Of a stretch of 52,925 nucleotides of DNA, positions 49,218-52,925 are shown in pieces. The notes beneath the pieces are model-generated. The model had not been told where the DNA came from, did no database searches, and saw nothing but the letters and a program-made list of their open reading frames with translations. The DNA is from Malacoraja senta. Lineage: Eukaryota. A program made the translations under genes and the position numbers. Where the stretch lies: NCBI GenBank assembly GCA_038087875.1, contig JAXLNO010000051.1, positions 806,001 through 858,925 on the forward strand, given 5' to 3'. Positions within the stretch are counted from its first letter, which is position 1, and each line of letters opens with the position of its first letter.

Positions 49218-52167
49218 TTTCGCATCCTGAAGATTCGTCGCATTTCGCCTGCTGAATTTTCCTCACTTTTCGCGTGCTTAATTTTCATTGATTTTTGTGT
49301 CCTGAAGTTTCGTCGATTTTCGTGTGCTGAAGTTTCGTCGCTTTTTGCATCATGAATTTACGTCGCTTTTCATGTGCTGAATTATCGTCGCTTTTCGCGT
49401 TTCATTTTCATCACTTTTCGCTTACTGAAGGTTCGTCGCTGTTCGCATGCTGAATTTTCGTCGCTTTTCCAGTGCTTCATTTTCATCGCTTTTCACGTCC
49501 TGAAGGTTCGTCGCTTTTCGCATGCTGAATTTTCGTCGATTTTCACATGCTGAATTTTCGTCACTTTTCGCGTGCTGAATTTTCATCGCTTTTCACGTTC
49601 TGAAATTTCGTCACTTTTTGCATGCTGAATTTTCATCGCTTTTCGCGTCCTGAAGGTTCATCACTTTTGTCGTGCTAAATTTTCATAGCTTTTCGCAGGC
49701 TGAGTTCTCGTCGCTTTTCATGTGCTGTATTTGTGTCACTTTTCGCATGCTGAATTTTCGTTGCTTTTCATGTGCTGAAGTTTCGTCGCTTTTCGCATGC
49801 TGAAGTTTCGTCGCTTTTCGCGACCTGAATTTACGTCACTTTTTGTGTGCTGAATTCTCGTCTCTTTTCGCATGCTGAATTTTCGTCACTTTTCGCGTGC
49901 TGAATTATCGTCGCTTTTCGCGTGTTTCATTTTCATCACTTTTCACATACTGAAGGTTCGTCACTTTTCGCTTGCTGAACTTTCGTCGATTTTCGCATGC
50001 TGAATTTTCGTCACTTTTCGCGTGCTGAATTTTCATCGCTTTTCACGTTCTGAAATTTCGTCACTTTTCGCGTGCTGAATTTTCATCGCTTTTCGCGTCC
50101 TGAAGATTCATCACTTTTGTCGTGCTAAATTTTCATCGCTTTTCGCAGGCTGAGTTCTCGTCGCTTTTCATGTGCTGTATTTTTGTCACTTTCCGCATGC
50201 TGAATTTTCGTTGCTTTTCATGTGCTGAAGTTTCGTCGCTTTTCGCGACCTGAATTTACGTCACTTTTTGTGTGCTGAATTTTCGTCTCTTTTCGCATGC
50301 TGAATTTTCGTCACTTTTCGCGTGCTGAATTATCGTCGCTTTTCGAGTGTTTCATTTTCATCACTTTTCGCATACTGAAGGTTCGGCACTTTTCGCTTGC
50401 TGAATTTTCGTCGCTTTTCGCGTCCTGAACGTTTGTCGCTTTCCGCATGCTGAAGTTTCGTCACTTTTCGCGTGCTCAATTTTCGTCGCTTTTCACATTC
50501 TGAAATTTCGTCACTTTTCGCGTGCTGAATTTTCGTCGCTTTTCGCAAGCTGCATTTTCATCGCTTTTCCCATGCTTCATTTTCACTGCTTTTTGCGTCC
50601 TGAAGGTTAGTCACTTTTCGCGTGCTGAATTTTTGTCACTTTTCGCGTGCTGAATTTTTGTCACTTTTCGCATGCTGAATTTTCGTCGCTTTTCGCATCC
50701 TGAAGATTCGTCGCATTTCGCCTGCTGAATTTTCCTCACTTTTCGCGTGCTTAATTTTCATTGATTTTCGTGTCCTGAAGTTTCGTCGATTTTCGTGTGC
50801 TGAAGTTTCGTCGCTTTTTGCATCATGAATTTACGTCGCTTTTCATGTGCTGAATTATCGTCGCTTTTCGCGTTTCATTTTCATCACTTTTCGCTTACTG
50901 AAGGTTCGTCGCTTTTCGCATGCTGAATTTTCGTCGCTTTTCCAGTGCTTCATTTTCATCGCTTTTCACGTCCTGAAGGTTCGTCGCTTTTCGCATGCTA
51001 AATTTTCGTCGATTTTCACATGCTGAATTTTCGTCACTTTTCGCGTGCTGAATTTTCATCGCTTTTCACGTTCTGAAATTTCGTCACTTTTCGCGTGCTG
51101 AATTTTCATCGCTTTTCGCGTCCTGAAGGTTCATCACTTTTGTCGTGCTAAATTTTCATAGCTTTTCGCAGGCTGAGTTCTCGTCGCTTTTCATGTGCTG
51201 TATTTGTGTCACTTTTCGCATGCTGAATTTTCGTTGCTTTTCATGCGCTGAAGTTTCGTCGCTTTTCGCATGCTGAAGTTTCGTCGCTTTTCGCGACCTG
51301 AATTTACGTCACTTTTTGTGTGCTGAATTCTCGTCTCTTTTCGCATGCTGAATTTTCGTCACTTTTCGCGTGCTGAATTATCGTCGCTTTTCGCGTGTTT
51401 CATTTTCATCACTTTTCACATACTGAAGGTTCGTCACTTTTCGCTTGCTGAACTTTCGTCGATTTTCGCATGCTGAATTTTCGTCACTTTTCGCGTGCTG
51501 AATTTTCATCGCTTTTCACGTTCTGAAATTTCGTCACTTTTCGCGTGCTGAATTTTCATCGCTTTTCGCGTCCTGAAGATTCATCACTTTTGTCGTGCTA
51601 AATTTTCATCGCTTTTCGCAGGCTGAGTTCTCGTCGCTTTTCATGTGCTGTATTTTTGTCACTTTCCGCATGCTGAATTTTCGTTGCTTTTCATGTGCTG
51701 AAGTTTCGTCGCTTTTCGCGACCTGAATTTACGTCACTTTTTGTGTGCTGAATTTTCGTCTCTTTTCGCATGCTGAATTTTCGTCACTTTTCGCGTGCTG
51801 AATTATCGTCGCTTTTCGCGTGTTTCATTTTCATCACTTTTCACATACTGAAGGTTCGGCACTTTTCGCTTGCTGAATTTTCGTCGCTTTTCGCGTCCTG
51901 AACGTTTGTCGCTTTCCGCATGCTGAAGTTTCGTCACTTTTCGCGTGCTCAATTTTCGTCGCTTTTCACATTCTGAAATTTCGTCACTTTTCGCGTGCTG
52001 AATTTTCGTCGCTTTTCGCAAGCTGCATTTTCATCGCTTTTCCCGTGCTTCATTTTCACTGCTTTTTGCGTCCTGAAGGTTCGTCACTTTTCGCGTGCTG
52101 AATTTTTGTCACTTTTCGCGTGCTGAATTTTTGTCACTTTTCGCATGCTGAATTTTCGTCGCTTTTC
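49218..52167. repeat. 1473-bp tandem duplication near the array end; each copy contains an internal ~425-450 bp duplication
   Basis: CGCATCCTGAAGATTCGTCGC followed by GTGCTTAATTTTCATTG starts at 49221 and 50694. ORFs 50330/51803 are offset 1473. GGCTGAGTTCTCG occurs four times. Confidence 0.92.
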
Positions 52168-52322
52168 ACGTGCTGCATTTTTGTCGCTTTTCGCACGCTG
52201 AATTTTCGTCACTTTTCGCGTCCTGAATCTTCGTCGCTTTTCGCATCCTGAAGATTCGTTGCATTTTGCCTGCTGAATTTTCCTCACCGGCGATTTTGTC
52301 GCTTTGCACGTGCTGAGATTTC

Positions 52323-52925
52323 CCTACCAATATGTGGTGACTGGGGATAGTGAAGGATCAAATTGGTCTTTCCCATATTTGCGTTGTAGGCACATTCCCC
52401 CTGATCAGGGTATAACAATTGCCATAGGCAAACCCTGAGGTAGGGGGTCTGGTTCTGTAAGAAACGTATTAATGTTTTCACTTACAAGTTGGGAAAGATT
52501 ACAATTCTTGCTAAAAGATGGCAATTTGAGGTATTTATTCTGTACAGTATTGTCGGGTTTAGAATTGAATTCTACCCATATTTGGTTTCTCCTACTAAGG
52601 TATTTGAAACCGGTCACATATTTTCTCAAAATAAGAGAATATGTAGATTCAGACAAAACATTAAATATTGTGGTAAAGGGATGATTAAGAAGTCAGTTCA
52701 CCATCACCATCAATTGATGCCAAGTATGTTATGAGTGCAAATAAGGATGGTGGGTGTAGAATTATTCTAGATCTGACAAGTTTACCCTTTTTTGTGCAGT
52801 ATAATAAACAGTTTTGGGCAGCAAGTGCAACTATGCAGCAAATTTCAAGAATATGCTATATGGAATTTTACTGTGTGTCTGTATATGGAATATAATCATA
52901 GATATTTTAAATTCATCTGGATGAG
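52323..52925. other. Non-satellite AT-rich flanking DNA of unknown nature (intergenic, intronic or degraded transposon)
   Basis: The 25-bp periodicity stops abruptly, CpG becomes rare, and the short ORFs have no recognisable motif. Confidence 0.85.

Larger units (their letters stand above)
1..52322. repeat. 25-bp tandem satellite array, consensus GCTGAATTTTCGTCGCTTTTCGCRT, ~2100 monomers, truncated by the left window edge
   Basis: The motif recurs every 25 bp throughout in the same orientation. The ORF track shows the matching 25-aa periodic translation. Copy number is simply 52322/25. The last recognisable monomer is GCACGTGCTGAGATTTC at ~52306-52322. Confidence 0.99.

Noticed and set aside
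96..52287. Numerous K/R-rich minus-strand ORFs resembling histone H1 or protamine-like proteins
   Set aside because: They are translations of the 25-bp repeat, overlap in all three frames, and start and stop wherever CpG variants fall. There is no codon-phase conservation, since indels are in units of 25.
1..52322. CRISPR-like alternation of conserved and variable segments
   Set aside because: The variable slots are ~10-bp homologous variants of one sequence, not unique 25-45 bp spacers. No leader or cas genes are present.
1..52322. Telomeric repeat (some yeasts have 23-25 bp telomere units)
   Set aside because: The array is far too heterogeneous and HOR-structured for telomerase-templated synthesis, has no G-rich strand, and matches no telomere unit I know.
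1..52322. CENP-B box
   Set aside because: Only the TTCG part of the 17-bp motif is present. The downstream A..CGGG core is not seen.
1..52322. Strong intrinsic curvature from phased T-tracts
   Set aside because: Tracts alternate at 10 and 15 bp spacing, so successive pairs fall roughly out of helical phase and should largely cancel. It cannot be claimed without modelling.
52320..52345. LTR retrotransposon primer-binding site (TGGTAGGGA on the minus strand)
   Set aside because: It matches a tRNA 3' end only in the first few bases, and no LTR pair, gag/pol remnant or other support is visible.
52284..52734. Four short ORFs (65-83 aa) in the flank
   Set aside because: They overlap on both strands, have no recognisable domain, and are of lengths expected by chance.

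Overview
About 99% of the window (1 to ~52322) is one uninterrupted, head-to-tail, single-orientation tandem array of a 25-bp monomer, consensus GCTGAATTTTCGTCGCTTTTCGCRT. It looks like eukaryotic satellite DNA. The array runs off the left edge and ends abruptly near 52322, followed by ~600 bp of AT-rich non-repetitive flank. Monomers are organised into nested higher-order repeats (HORs): ~250-275, 447, 475, 936, 1000-2700 and 1473 bp units, plus a ~12.7 kb/10.8 kb tandem block duplication. I found no credible protein-coding gene, RNA gene, CRISPR array or autonomous mobile element. The many K/R-rich ORFs arise because the minus strand of the monomer is stop-free. I cannot support a novel gene system here. 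The informative signals concern satellite evolution: a strong CpG-deamination pattern, in-register HOR length changes, a polarised 13-bp deletion, one fold-back templated insertion, and a possible transposon-like terminus at the array edge. Offsets were read from marker motifs and the ORF track by eye, so block boundaries are approximate. The organism cannot be identified from this window.
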